Source of the DNA: Hemiscyllium ocellatum
Lineage: Eukaryota
DNA length: 64,000 nt
Direction of reading: 5' to 3'
Assembly: GCF_020745735.1 (NCBI RefSeq)
Contig: NW_026867573.1
Coordinates: 62,001 to 126,000, forward strand
Below are positions 37,701-51,739 of this stretch, one piece after another. The notes under the pieces are model-generated. The model was not told the DNA's origin, did not search any database, and saw only the letters and a program-made list of their open reading frames with translations. Position 1 is the stretch's first letter. The number at the start of each line of letters is the position of its first letter. Both the position numbers and the translations under genes were made by a program.

Positions 37701-38319
37701 ACCATCCACTGTGACTCATAGGCTTGACAAGAACCAGCCATTTATCCATGAAAGGTTGGAGAAGTGCTGTCCAACAGGTGAGACTGAACTTCCCCTCCCC
37801 CGCTGGAAGAACATAAATCAAGACTCATCTCGCCAAGAGAAATAGCTCACTCCTCCTTCACCTCAACTTGGTTTACAACCTAAGGGTTTCTCAAAGCACC
37901 AGATTCACTGCATGGTGTGCGTGGACAAGGCAAAGGTCTCTCTGATCCACACGTCTTGGTAATTGAACATGACGAATTTTACTTGTTACTGTTCCCTGGA
38001 CCGCGACTGTTTAATACTGAAGTGCAATCTGCACTACATGCTAACTCTGGTGACTAACTCTCTGACCTAGCTGTAGTTTACATCCCAACGCATACATATC
38101 TGCACATGTTGAAGTATATACTGCTACAAATAGCCTCGAGGGGTAATGCACTCTTGTTGATGACAGCTAGTTACTTTAACAAACCCAACATAATGAGTGC
38201 TATTACAAAATCCCAAAAACAGGTTTTCTGTCGCCTAGAGGACGTTTTTATTGAGAACGTCGCTGATATCCGGTGCTTCTACACACACAGGTCAACATTC
38301 GTCCTTGAGTCTTCCTTTT

Positions 38320-38870
38320 AACGTAGAACATACAATACACAACATTACGTTGCCGTACAGGTCCTTCAGACCTCGATGTTGCACCGACCTGAGAAACCAA
38401 TCTGAAGCCCAAATAACCGACAACATTCTATATGCCTATCCATTTACCATATGAATACCCATCACATTGTAGAGTCTACTGCTCTGGCTGGCAGGCTGCT
38501 CTACGCCCCTACTTCCCTCTAAGTGACGAAAATACTCTGGCACCTGTTCGATATCCACTTCTCCTCACTTAAATATGATGTCCCCTCGTGCTCACCATCA
38601 ATATTCTAGTAAAATTAAGCTCACTTTACACCCTATCTGAGCCTCCAAGTTTCTTATATGCCTCAAGTAATCCACCTCTCAATCTTCTTCTCTCTTACAA
38701 AAACTGCCTGAAGTCCTTTAGCCTTTCCTCGTAAGAACTCCCCGCCATACCAGGCAACATCCCAGTAAATCCCCTCTGAACCCTTTCTAAAGGTTTCATA
38801 TCCCTCATGTAATGCAGAAGCTAGAATTGTACGCAGTATTACACACGTCGCCACACCAGAGTTTCATACA
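38320..38870 (-). mobile_element. CR1/HER1 LINE 3' fragment
   Basis: RVQF*LLHY-like motif and a typical 3'UTR and tail. Confidence 0.75.
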
Positions 38871-38989
38871 AAACCAGACTAAGCTAAAGGCCCAAACTAG
38901 TCACACTGACATGAAGCGCTGAATGTATTTTACACACGTGTTGAGCTCGTCAGGAAAATTATGTCACCTGCCCCTGCAAACTCAGATAT

Positions 38990-39790
38990 ACTTGTTCCTT
39001 TGGTCACCAGTCCAGAGGGCAATTTGCCTATTTAAGAGTGATACTACTTAAATCGACTGGCCCAGATTGTGTCCCGGGCCGTGCACTGAGATCCTGTACG
39101 TACCAACTGGTGGGAGGATTCGCTGACATCTTTAAACTGTCCTTACCATGATCTGAAATTCCCACTTGGTTCAAGGAGACCATCAGAATCCCCGTGCGAA
39201 ACGAAGCTCATGCTACATATCGCAATCAATACTTACTGGGTGGCTCTGACCTCCATAATGATGAAGTCCTTCAAAAGGTTAGTTATGGCTCAGTCAACTC
39301 TATTCTCCCAGTGTGTCTTGATCCCATGAAATTTAACTACTTTCAGCACTGGTCCGCAGATAACAAGGTCACTCTGTCCTCATACTGATCCTTCAAAAAT
39401 CTGGATAAGAAGGAGACAAACCTCAGTCTCCTTAGTATTGACTACAGCTCCACCTTCAACACCAGAACACCAACCAATCTAATCTCCAGCCTGCGAGACC
39501 TCGGTCTCCTCCACACATTTGGCAACTGGAAGCCCGACTTTCTAGGCCCACAAATCACAATGAGTGGAAATAGGCAACAAAACCTTATCGATAATCCTGA
39601 ACGCCAGCACCCTGAAAGGCTGAGTCCTCAGCCCTTTACTATATTTTTTGTTTCCTGATGACTGCGAGACTAAACCAGGTTCAACATCCATCTACAAGTT
39701 TCCTGACACCGCCATCAATTTGAATCAAGTCACAAACAATGACGAGACAGAATACATGTCAGAGATATAGTCCTTGGTAATGTGCCTGCA
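38990..39790 (+). mobile_element. Rex1/Babar-type LINE RT fragment
   Basis: GPDCVPGRALRSC, VALTSIMMKSF, IDYSSTFNT, LSPLLY, YKFPDT motifs. Confidence 0.7.
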
Positions 39791-41339
39791 TTGCACGCGA
39801 AAAAAAAACATTTTCACGCTACCTAGGTGCATGTGACAATTATAAATAAAAGAAAACAACATCAAACAAAATAAAAATAATAAGGTGATCCCTCAATCTA
39901 AAGCGCCCCAGCCCATTCAGCCTCTCCATATAACTAAATTCCTCCCGACCCAGCAACATTCTGACAAATCTTTACTGCAGGCCATCATGTGTCATAAAAT
40001 CTTTCCCAGAGAAGGGCAAGCAGAATTGCGTTAGTATTCTGAAAGTTGCCACACCAATGCCCCATACAGCCACAACATGACGCCCCAACTTCTGTTCCCC
40101 ATGGTCTGACCAAGGAAGGCAAGTGTAGCAAACGACTTCTTCTCCACCCTGTCCATCCCACATTTCCTTCATCAATCTGATCTGGTGATTTAAGTGATTT
40201 CTCCACCTTCAGATCTTTGAGGTTCCACAGCTGCTTCTCCTTAATGATATCCGCTATGCTTATTATCTGACTATCTTGAAGTTGTGGAATTTTGCTGGGG
40301 TGTCTTCCATTGTGAAAATGGATGAAATGTTGTATTCAGTTTCTCCACTGTACATGTATCTCATCATTCCTTCAACAGCTTTAATTTTCTAGCAGTCCAA
40401 TGCCCAATCTTGCCTCATTTGTACATTGTTCTACAAGTAAAAATGTTCGCAATCATTTTTTAAAAATATTGTTAGCTAGCATACATTCATATTTCATGAT
40501 TTACCCACTTATTAAATGCATTTCTGAGATGTTTGGCATTGTTTTAGATGTTTGAGATGTTCCAAGGGTCGGTATTATTGAGCCACGGTAGTTGATTCCG
40601 AACGTATATGCATACGAGTGAAGTAAAACAGAGCAGAGTTACCTCGCTGAAATTCATGGATAACGAAAAAGATTTACGGTGCAGTTGATGACTGTTCCAC
40701 AGTCATTATTAATGAAATGAGCCTTACATTCCAGATTTATTAATTACATTTACACTTTCGTGTCTTACCTTCAACATGAGTTGATGACAGTATGTTCCTT
40801 TCTATCTCCTGAATTATTCGATTTGATCAATTGCCTCTCACCAAAAGCCTACGCCCTCATTACCAGATTTGTCAGAAGAAGTAGAAACCATCGGTCCCTA
40901 TTAAGCCCACATAATGAATACAGATTAGTGGCTAATCAGAATATATTATTATATCCCTAAAATATATCTCTGTTACTCTGTCTACAGTTTCGTGAGCTGC
41001 TGTGTTTCTTCTCCCATCTCTGTTTTGCTTTCATCAATCATAGCATCATGGTTTATTCACGACCATGAACTCTTATATGGTTAAGTAATAACTAAAATAT
41101 CGTTAGAAAACATTTCTATACTTTTGCCTTGACAGAGGAGCGTAATGTCAGAAACCAAAAGTCAAATTTGCCGAATTAACTTTTAGATACACTTACTATA
41201 ATCATACAACATACAGTATAACAACAGGAGGTCATCCAGTCTCTCGAATGTGTTGTATACGGACAACAGGGGTCCATTTCGACTCTCAAACATGTGATAA
41301 AGCACAGGAGGAGATCATTCGGTTTTCAGGCTATTCAGC

Positions 41340-41680
41340 AGACACAGAACGACGTCATCAGCCTCTCGGGTCTGTTCAGGCAGGTCAGGAATAAGTCATT
41401 TAGAACCTTTAGAAACATAAGGACGTCATTCCACTTCTCGTGTCTTTTATTGAAATACAGTGACGATAACTTACCTGCTCGAGACGTATTGCTGCTGAGG
41501 GCGCGATTTCATTTACTATATGGAGCCTGTAACACCCTAGAGAAGGATGCAATTTACCCTTTGGAGCCTATCACACCGTCTGGTCAGTCAGCCTTTCGAG
41601 TCTGCTGAAGGAGGCAGATTCCTCTCCAGACTGTCACTCAGGAAGAGGAAGCGTTCATTCGACGTCACAATCCTGTTCGA
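41340..41680. promoter_or_regulatory. CpG-enriched non-TE island with three CRE/ATF-type GACGTCA sites (putative promoter or enhancer)
   Basis: GACGTCA at 41351, 41422 and 41661; GGAAG ETS-like cores at about 41641-41651; minus-strand CAG|GTAAGT donor at 41475/41474. Confidence 0.35.
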
Positions 41681-41899
41681 TGGGAACAGGAGGAGGGCAT
41701 TTAGCTTCCCGAGTCTGGTCCACAGCAAAATGTGGAGTTCAAATAATTTCTTGAACCTGTTACGCAGGAAATAGAAGAAAGAAATTCAACCTGCCGATCC
41801 TGTTCATTGAAACGTGGGTAGGTCATTCGATTCTGTGCCAGTTGCAAATGTGCTGGAGGAGGTCATTAACTCTCTCAAGCCTGACACAGGGAACAGTAA

Positions 41900-42870
41900 G
41901 TGGTCATTTGGCCTATCGAATCTGCTACAGGGGAGCAGAAGGAGTTACCTCTGCCACTCGAACCATTCATACAGAAATAGTCGGATTTTATTCAGCCTCT
42001 TAAGCCGATAACAGGTTCACTGGCTTCATTCATTCAACCTCTTTCTCAGTTACAGAGGAACAGGAATAGGCCTCTTGTGCCTGCCATGTCCTCCCCTTCT
42101 TCATATATTCTCTTCGCCGCTTTTTCCTGCCCAAGAATATCACCTCATATTTTCCAGAATGAATTTAATTTGCCATAAATCAACCCATCTGACCATCCGA
42201 TCTATAATCTCATGTAGTCTAAGATTAAACTCCTCACCATTTACCATCCAGCCATTTGTGTATCATTAGTGAACTTACTGATCAGCCTTCTTACATTCAC
42301 GAATAAATCCTTCATATAAATCACAAATAGCAAATTCTCCATCATTGAGCAGTGCCGAAACCCACTGGTCCGAGACGTCCAGTCGGAAAACCGCCTCTCA
42401 ATGATAACCTCCTGTTTCCTACCACTCGGCCAATTGTGTTTTCGTGTACATATAACTAGAAGTTCTTCTTTCAGTTTTAGGTGTCTGAATTATGCAATGA
42501 CGTTAAATGGTTCATTGCAGACATAGGGAAGCCGAATAATAAAGTTTTTCTCCCCTTGTCTAGGTGATTTGTGAACTGGCAGGCATAATTTTAAGGTGTG
42601 ATGAGTAAGATTTAAAAGGAACGCGCAAGGCAACTTTGTCATACGGACAGATATTCACATATGGAACGAACTGCCATAGAAAGTGTTAGTTACAGAACAG
42701 TTACAACATTGAAACAGATTTGGACGGGGACATGAATAGGAAATGTACAAGCATAATGTACGAAATGCAGGCAAATTGGATTAGTTTAGGTTGTGAAACT
42801 TTGTCGGCACGGATAAGTTGAGCTGAAGATACCGTTTCCATGCTGAATGATGCTATGAATTTGAATTATG
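41900..42870. mobile_element. Two CR1 fragments (minus, about 41900-42440; plus 3' end, about 42500-42870)
   Basis: RT-region and 3'UTR similarity to the other CR1 copies in the window. Confidence 0.6.
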
Positions 42871-45149
42871 TTGAGTTGGTTAGTTGGTTAATAATTCTTC
42901 ACTTTGTCGTCTGCATGTGATCGACTGGAAGTAGATATCAGCAAAATGCGATAGATTGATCTGATACACTGGAGTGGTCAGAAGAGCAGAGTTATGTTTA
43001 TGTGCTCGATCATGTGAGTTGCTCTATAAGTTGAGGTGATGCAGCTGTCTGAGGAGAATTTTATTTTGACATGCTATTGACAATTAAGAATCCGTCACTC
43101 GAGCTGCAATATTATGCAAAGATTCTGAATTTGGTTTATGTGCACTATACATTTAGGATTTAATTTCATGTACTGTGCTGTTCTAAGTTCAAGAGTTAGG
43201 GAACATAGAGGACCTTCAGTGTTTCTTTCAGTATTTAGTTGAACGGTTATTGTTGACGAAAGTATACTGATCCACTTGTGCAGTAGAGCAGCCAGAGGAG
43301 TGCAGCAGTTACTTTTACAATTCAAGTTTGTAATAGACACAGCAGAGTGAATTCCACGAAGAAAAACAAACCAATCTATTGATGGAATAATTAATGCTTA
43401 AATGTTACGATGTTGTCAAAAAATAACATCATTCAATTTGAGAAGAGGGAACCAATGTGATCGTCTTTGTTCAGAATCTCGTGTTTACCGACTCACCTGC
43501 GGTGTTTAAACTTATTCTGTCACAACACAAACTCATTTGACGTATCTTTTGTAATATGTTCATCAAATGTGTGAAATGATGTAGTTATAATCAGCGTAAC
43601 ATATATGGAGATTTCAATGGTATTTGAATGAAAGGCTCAGTGAATTCACCATATCACAATTGACTTCCAGGTGATTTCTCGCAGCACAAAGTGACATTTT
43701 ATTACGTTGATAAGATGGGAGAAATATTTGCTTTGATTGACAAAACGTTTGACACATTCATTTTTGTCATTGGAGTTCATGGTACGTAAAAATAACCATT
43801 GAAGTTGTGTGCTTCTCCTTCTGAGCTGATCACTTTTTTTTTTGTTCTGAAGAACAACTTACCTTCATTGTAATTGTTGCCATTACGCATATACGGCGTT
43901 CTCGTTGCAGTATACTGCAGTTAAATGTCGTAAAGAAACGCATCAGAATTATTCTGTTTACTTTATTTTAAAACTGTCTTTATATCCAGATCACAGGCTG
44001 TCTTACACAATTATATTTATGCTTGTGCAATATTTACGTACGATTGAATTAAATCTTAGCGCACTTACATCATTTTAGGACATCATTTTCGATATCTATT
44101 GTTACTGTTGTAATCAATTCATGTCACTCATTAGAATAGAATACCTCATACAAAACGTTACTCCCACACTGTATGTAAACCTCTGTATGTTAACAATTGA
44201 GTGCTGCAGCTATGCGTGACTTGGGGTGGAACAATGCAGAATTATACTGAGTGTGACGACCCTCCTCTGATGAGCAACATATCTCAACGTGCTATATAAA
44301 ACTGAAAACCCTCGGCTCTGGACATTTTAAATGACTGTAGCTTACAAATGGGAGCAAAATATGTGTTCAATATTTATCGTTATTGTCATTAACGCATTCA
44401 ATATTGAACGGTACAAGCATAAATATGCATTCATTTTTTTTTAGTCAATTGTTTCCTGGTAAAGGTTCGAAGTGCAATCTCTCTCGATACCTGACGAAAC
44501 TCGTTAATAAGGTCATGAGAATCTTTGGGCAATTGAGACCACCATAAAAGACGGTGCGGCCATTTGGATCGAGTTTTGTCATTCTCTATCGGTGGTGCTT
44601 TTCTGAACGAGTTGACATCAATTATCTGAAGAATTCCAGTAAAGAAAAAATATAGTAATCTTCATTCACCTTATCTGAGTTTCCGATATCCCTGCAAACT
44701 GCGTCATGTTGAAATGAAACATATATATTTGAATGCAATGACACAGCTATATTTCCCAATCATCACGTTTGTCGGCTCTTCCTAATGTTAGGAATAAGAC
44801 ACTGCTTTAATAAACGAAGATATAGTTATGGATAGTCATAAATTACAGGTAAGTGGAGCGAATTTACAATGTAGGAAGCGGTCATTTAGTCAAGCTGCAT
44901 TGTGTCCTTTTTCTACTCCCACACCCACCTTTTCATGCCCCAGTCCACCTGACAAATGTTATGAAACCAAAACAAAAAATGCTGGGGAACCTTATCATAA
45001 TCTGCAGTGACAGGAAGACAGTTCACGTTTCGAGTCTGTTTATTCTCCCTCTATTGATGCTGCCCGATCGAGTTTCTCCTGCAGTTTCAGGTTTTGTTAT
45101 ATATTTGGAGCATCTGCAATTCTATATTTTGTCGCACATTTACGTCACT

Positions 45150-45445
45150 GTGGGTGGCACAGTGGCACAGTTAGCACTGATGCCTCACAGCGCCAGTGAC
45201 CCAGGTTCAATTCCCGCCTGAGGCGACGAACTGTGTGGAGTTTGTACCTTCTTCCTGTGTCTGTGTGGGTTTCTTCCCACATTCCAAAGATGTGCGGATC
45301 AGGTGAATTGGCCATGCTAAATTGCCCGTCGTGTTAGGTAAGGGTTAAATGTAGTGCTTTGGGTAGGTTGCGTTTCAGCGGGTCGGTGTGGACTTGTTGG
45401 GCCAAAGGGCCTGTTTTCACGTTGTAAGTAATCTGAGCTATCAGT
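45150..45445 (+). mobile_element. HE1 SINE (near full length)
   Basis: A-box tggcacagttag, B-box ggttcaattcc, V-domain, and a 3' tail shared with HER1-type LINEs (gggccaaagggcctgttt). Confidence 0.9.
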
Positions 45446-46309
45446 CTATCTAACTTTCACGTCGCGTACCAGTCATTCTATCTCTGTCTCTCTTTTCCAT
45501 TTTGCGTGAATCTCAATATCTGGCTTTCTGTCTTTACCTGTATCTATAAAATCTTGAGCATCGCAGTACTAATGGATGCTTTGGTTATGATGTCATAGCA
45601 TTTCTTCCCACATTTTTAGAGGGCAAATCCGTCTGCATTATCCAGCAGCCTGAATACCGTCGTCATCACTGCCCCAATCGTAGCGTCATAAACAAACTGC
45701 AGTATCGCACACCACTTTATTATCAAGGTCCCTCAGGAGTGTTGTAAATATTGGGGTGAAGAACATATTCCTGAGTTATTCCACTGTGTATCAGTAAACC
45801 GAAATACCCTTGCTTGCTCCTCTATCATGCCAATAAACCACTTTTAGATCTCTGTTGCCAGGTAAACCCGAATTCTTTCTGTATTTCCTTTATTTATGAA
45901 GAACACAGGACAGCGTTCGGCACATCCACTGCTACTCGTCGGCAGCATGACAGAGAGATGATACGGTTAAGAGGGCATGAACACAACTGGGTTAATAGAG
46001 TCACATCGCATGGAAATTGACTGTTTGGTGTAAATCTTCCATGCAGAACAGATTTCCTGAATCAACGTAGTCCCAATTGCTTCGTTTGTATATCCCTCCA
46101 AACCTTCACTATTTCGATTACATTTGCTTTATCATTGACACATACACCCAGATACTGTGAAACGTTTTGTCTTACATGCACGACAGGAAGATCAGAACAC
46201 CCAATGTGCATTGGGGAATAAAACAGAGAATAGAAAAATGCAGCAGGGAAAGTGCACAAAGAGCGAGATCAAAATTAAATTATCTGAAAGTAGATTGCAG
46301 AGTCTTTAG

Positions 46310-47750
46310 CTTTTTTTGTTTAAGGTGTCCATATCAACAGGAATAGTACCAGAAAACTGGAGGACAGTAAATGCCCGCTTGTTCAAGGAGGGAACTGTGG
46401 ACAACACTGGCAATTTTTGGTCAGTGAGCCTTACTTTGATTGTGTGTCAATAGATTGAAAATGTTGTAAGAGATGGGACTGAGAATCATCTAGAGACGAA
46501 TAATTTGATTTGGGACAGTCAAAACGGTTTTCTGAATGATAGGTCGTGCCTCTCAAACATTCTCGTGTTCCTTGAGGTAGTGACGAAACAGACAGATGAG
46601 GGTAAAGCGTTTGATGTTGCATCTACAGATTTTGGGAAGGCGTTTGGTAAGTTTTCCCGCGGAAGGCTATTGTACAAAGCACTAGGCATGGGTCTGATGC
46701 TGTTTGCATCAGAAATTGTCTAGCTGAAAAAAGACACAGTTAATGGGAAATGCAGATACTGGAACACAGTTACTAATGATTACAGCCAGAAACTTTTTTG
46801 AGGCCAATGATGATTGCCCTTTTTATAAATGTCCACAAGGATGAAGTAGGAGGAAGTTTAAGTAAACTGGCGCGTACGCTACAGTCGGTGGCATTTTCGA
46901 AAGTGCTGATGAATTTTGTAGGTTTTAAGGGAAATAGATGAACTGCACAGCTGTGCTGACAGGTGGCAAATTGAGTGTAAGCAGAAAAGTGTGAAGTGAT
47001 TCACTTTGGCGGAAGCAACAGGAATAAAGACAAATGGGCTAACATTCATGGTGGTGCAGATGATTAAAGAGATGTAGGTGTCCATGTACATGGATCTGTG
47101 GAAGTTTCCAGCCAGGATGATGTGGTTCATAAGAAGGCATTCGGTATGTCAGCAGTTTTGGTGGAGAGATTGAGGTTTGGAGTCTCAAGGCCATTTTGAA
47201 GCTGTACAAACCTCTCGTGCGGCCGCATTTGAAGCATTGCAGACAGTTATTTTCCCTGCAAAAGACAAATGATAGGAATGGTTTTGAACGACTTTAGAGG
47301 AGACGTACTAGATCTTGCACAATATGGAGCGATGGCCATATGATGAGCGCCTGAGGAACTTGAGGCTGTTTGCATTAGAGAAAAGACGATCGAGAGTTGT
47401 CTTAATTGAGATATATAAGAAAGTCAGACGTTTAGATAGGGGGAAGAGTGAGATACTTTTCTTTCTCTGATTGTGATGGCTATTACGAGGCTACACAGCT
47501 GTAAATTGATGGGTGACAGTTTTGTGACCACTTAGGTCAGAAGTAGTTTTGTTGCTCAGAGAGTTGTCGAAGCACCGAAAGCACTACCTGTAAAATTAAC
47601 AGTCGTTAAGGGAATTTGCATGGTCATTAGACAAAGATATGGGCGAAAATGGAATAGTGTCGGATGGATAGGCTTCAAATCGTTTCCACAGGTCGGCGCA
47701 GCATCGAGGCTCAAAGGGCCTGTACTGGGCTGTAATGTTCGTTGTTCGAA
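46310..47750 (+). mobile_element. Decayed CR1/HER1 LINE RT and 3' end
   Basis: PENWR, SQNGFLNDRSCLSN, DFGKAFGK, RPHLKHC motifs. Confidence 0.85.
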
Positions 47751-50700
47751 ATTGTGTCCTCACACATGGCGACAAGAATTGTGCACAATAATAAAAATAT
47801 TTGATATTCCACTGATTTGGACAGTCATAACATGACGTCAGCAACTCCAGGACCTTATACTCTCCCCAGCGGTCAGCATGTCAAACGATTTCTTCACCAG
47901 TCTTTCAATTCATGCTGCTACTTTCAAGGAACTGCTTATCTCACTGCTAGGGCTCAGTATTCGACAATACGGCCCCCAGATCCGACTGCTACATTTTAAT
48001 ATCCTGCAGTCATTTACCTTCCCAAAATACAACACTTTCCTTTTATCTGAATTGAACGCTATAAAATCTATTTTCTAAATTAATCTAACATTCCTTCTCA
48101 CTTGCCCATTTGATGCATGTCTTGTTGGGTTCTGAGCTAGCCTTTTTAACAGTTTGCTTTACCATATTTCATTGTCATCATCACTTCCATATTATGTTGT
48201 TTCAGTCTTTCAGTCTTTCGCTGCACAAGCCAGCATTTATTGTGCATATCTACCGGCCCAAAAGACAGTTAAGAGTAAACAATATTGCTGTGTGTCTGGA
48301 GTCTTATATAGAAATTTCCAGGTAAGGATGGTAGTACCCTTCCAGAAAAGTCAGTCAGGAAGCAAATGTGCTTTTTTTTCAATCAGCGACAATGGGTTCT
48401 TCGTTATCATCAGCTCTTATTTCTGGATTTTTTAAAATAATGGATAGCACTATTTTCAGAGAGCAGGACCAGGACCGGGTCCCCAGAACGTTACCTGGGT
48501 CCCTGAATGAACAGTCCAGCGTTCGATCACCTATGGCATCGCCTTTTCGATTTGATGATGCGAATGTTGAATCAAATTTCCGATATCTCCTCCCCATTAC
48601 CCTATTAATCTGATCTCCCACCGTCAGTGATCTTGCCGACGCAAACTGCAAGAACAGTTTGAGCTGCCTGGAGTCCAGCGTTTCATTGAGTACTCCCTTA
48701 TCTCGTTACTTCTTGAAAAGCTCAAGTTCAACAGGATCAATTATCAAATGCCACTGATCTGCCCAGTCCATCAGCGTCCTCCTAACGCATCAGACTGCTG
48801 ACGTTCTGTCAATCACTTGACCGATTTGGCGCCAAGTGGAATACTTTCTTGTCATCCCTTATGTTTTCATCGACATTCTTCACATAGCATTGCAAACAAG
48901 GAAGGGACTTAATGTGTTTTCCTGCGGTACGCCGCTTCTTTCCAGTCATTCACAAATTCCATCACCACCGTCATGCTACTGACCCTGTTTTGTCTCTAAC
49001 TTGGCGAGATTCTCCCCGATCTGACGTGTCTTCTTTCAATGATTTATCAAGCACAGAGGATCAGGGGTGTTCATACACACACTTCCTTCAAGAAGGCTGG
49101 GCAGCCAGACGATTTGGTGCAGTAGTCAAAAGCGACAGCTGCCTTTTGCAGCCTATCTTGCCTCGTCATGGCGTGATTTACCAACTGAAAGAAGTAACAG
49201 GAAGTTGTCCTCTATGGTCATATCTGCAAAGATGCTGACCTTCGTGTTCGTAATGATCGTGTGTTTGGATGATTCTGCCTTAAGAGCCTATACGATTTGA
49301 GCAGCGTATCTGATAGATGGTACACACAGCTGTCATTCTACATCATGGCCGATGGATAGAGCGAGGGAGGGAATTTTCGGTATTATGTGTCGACGAATGG
49401 TGAGTTGCTAAACTGTCAAATTTCATAATTGACATTTGATGAGCATACAATTCAGCAAATGGGGGTATTCCATCACAGCCCTTAATTATGTCTCATCGTT
49501 GGTGGCACAGATTTTGGGAAGGGATATGTTGTCTAAAGTTGTCGTACTCTATGCGGGAATTATAAGGAAAGTAAATTTCAGTTTCCACTTCGTTTGGGGA
49601 TGAACAGGACATTAAGTGGGGCACTGATGGAGACTGCATATTTCTAGTCTCCATAGTTTAGGTTGGATTTGATTCCAGTGGAGAGGAGGTAAAACGAAGA
49701 TTCAGCCGGACGTTACTCGGGATGGATCAGTTTGGAATGAAGAGAGGTTGGATAGATTACTTGAATAGTTTGGAGCAGTGAAGGTTTAAATTGGATGTCA
49801 CTGATGTGAGCAAGCTTCGGATAGACGTGGATAAGCTGAGCAAAAGAATCTTCTTCCGCTTAGCCGCAGTGTGACAGAACAGGGCCATCATATTTAGGTG
49901 AAAGTCATTCGAGGTTTCGAGAATATATGAGAATATGTCTTTAAACTGGTCCTGAGAGTAGTTGACGGTGGTTATCTCATAATATTTTTAATGGTGCGTG
50001 AGGAAACACTTGAAATTCATAACATTCGAAGCCATGCCTCTCGTGAGGCAAAGTGGGACGAGAGTCAATGGATAGTAGGTGTTGTTTTTAGTTGATAAAG
50101 ACTCAGTATGTGAAAGGCTTTTCTTGTACTGTCTGATTCTGCGAATCTCTGAGACTGAATGTCAAGGTGTTGGAGGAAGAAGCCATCCGGCAATTTCAAA
50201 ATGTTTTAGACAGGTACTTGTCATGTCAATTTATAGAAAGTTCAATTTAAATTAGTCCTGCCAAACGGTGAAGTCTGGGACGAGAACATTTAGATCCTTG
50301 TGTTTCCTTACAGCGCAGAAATAACGGCCTTTAGTGTTTCTTTATTTGCCACAATTCTCTATGCCGCAAAATCGATGTTGCAGATGGAAGGAAAAAGGAC
50401 TCGAGAGAATCCAATAGCCCCAGTCCACAATGTTTCCAGGGATGGTGGCTTTTGTCGTCAGGACTTGCGGTTGTAAAATCACTCTTATGCAGGTTTTCAC
50501 ATTTCCTGGTTGGAGGCACAGGGCAGCTGATTTTCAACTTCCAACGTTTCCAAATTAACTTTTAAAAACACAGTAAAGGCTCTCTAGGGGGAAATAAATC
50601 GAGTTTTCCTCACGGCCTTTTCAAAATTATTGGAGACAACAAAACACTTTGCCGAGTTCCAACGTTCAATGACAATACGCCCCACTCTCCCACGACAGCT

Positions 50701-51269
50701 TTTCAGCCACAAGTGAAATAGTCGCCTGTGACCTGTCAAAACTTATTTTCTGGAGTTCCCTGGGTTCTGTTGAATCTACAAACAACCTTCTACTTGGAGT
50801 TCCCTGCCGTCTTCAGGATTCAACATTGAGTTCCCTTACTGCACAGCACAATCGCCTGCTTACTTTTCGATGAGCAAAATATGTCTTAAATTTCAGACCA
50901 ACAACTAATTCAGTATCCAATGCAGTTTGTGGAAGATATTTTGAAACATCTGCCACCCATCATTTGTGTTTTGAAGTATTTGCTAATATCAATTGTAAAG
51001 TCCGTGGACATAATTCTCAGTCTATGCCTGCTAATTCTTGAATAAAATAATTCATCTTCACCTGTCTGTCGTTTTTCTAATTATGTCTCTGAGATATACT
51101 TCAGATCTCACGACTCCCTTTAAAATTGTTGAAAAAAGTGGCCTCGTTGTATAATCTATCCCTAGAACTTCTAACCGTGACGTCCAGACATCATTGACGT
51201 AAAATTAAATTGCATTTCTTCCAATGTCAACATATCCTTCCTGACATATGCTTTTCTGATCTTAGAATC

Positions 51270-51565
51270 CAGACTGCGTGGATACAGGCCTTGCCGCCTA
51301 ACAAGTCTCCAGCAAATCCATTCCCACTCGTCTAGATTTGCCTCTGACTCGTACACCTAACATGCACATCCCTGAACACTATGCACAATTTAACATGGAC
51401 AAATCCTTGGATTGTAGGGTGTAACCAGAATTGCAGGAGGAAACAATTGCAGATACGGATATAATGCGCAAACTTCACTCAGAATGTCGTCCGAAGATGG
51501 AATCAAACCCGGTCACGTGGCGCTGTGAGACGGCAGCGCTCACCACTGAGCCACCGTGACACGCC
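51270..51565 (-). mobile_element. HE1/V-SINE-type SINE
   Basis: Minus strand acggtggctcagtggtgagcgctgccgtctcacagcgcca...gggtttgattcc. Confidence 0.85.
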
Positions 51566-51739
51566 AATCTTATCAGAGAACTCTAAGTGGTCCGAAAGAA
51601 CATTTTGTGTATTGGGGAAGAAGACTATCCAGGCGACCCATTCCACTCTCTGAATACTCGCCTTCTTTCCGCTCTGCCATTTAAAATTTACAAGGTTTTT
51701 TTGAAAATTAAAATTATAACTTTTACTTAACAACAAATA

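Noticed and set aside
44290-44510. TATA + ATG + cctg|gtaaag and KCNLSRYLT as a third, decayed GPCR
   Set aside because: Several stops, no YYP or GVP motif, and no downstream MAxxD or FDRF; compatible with chance.
45150-45225. tRNA gene
   Set aside because: The A and B boxes belong to the tRNA-derived head of an HE1 SINE; no cloverleaf.
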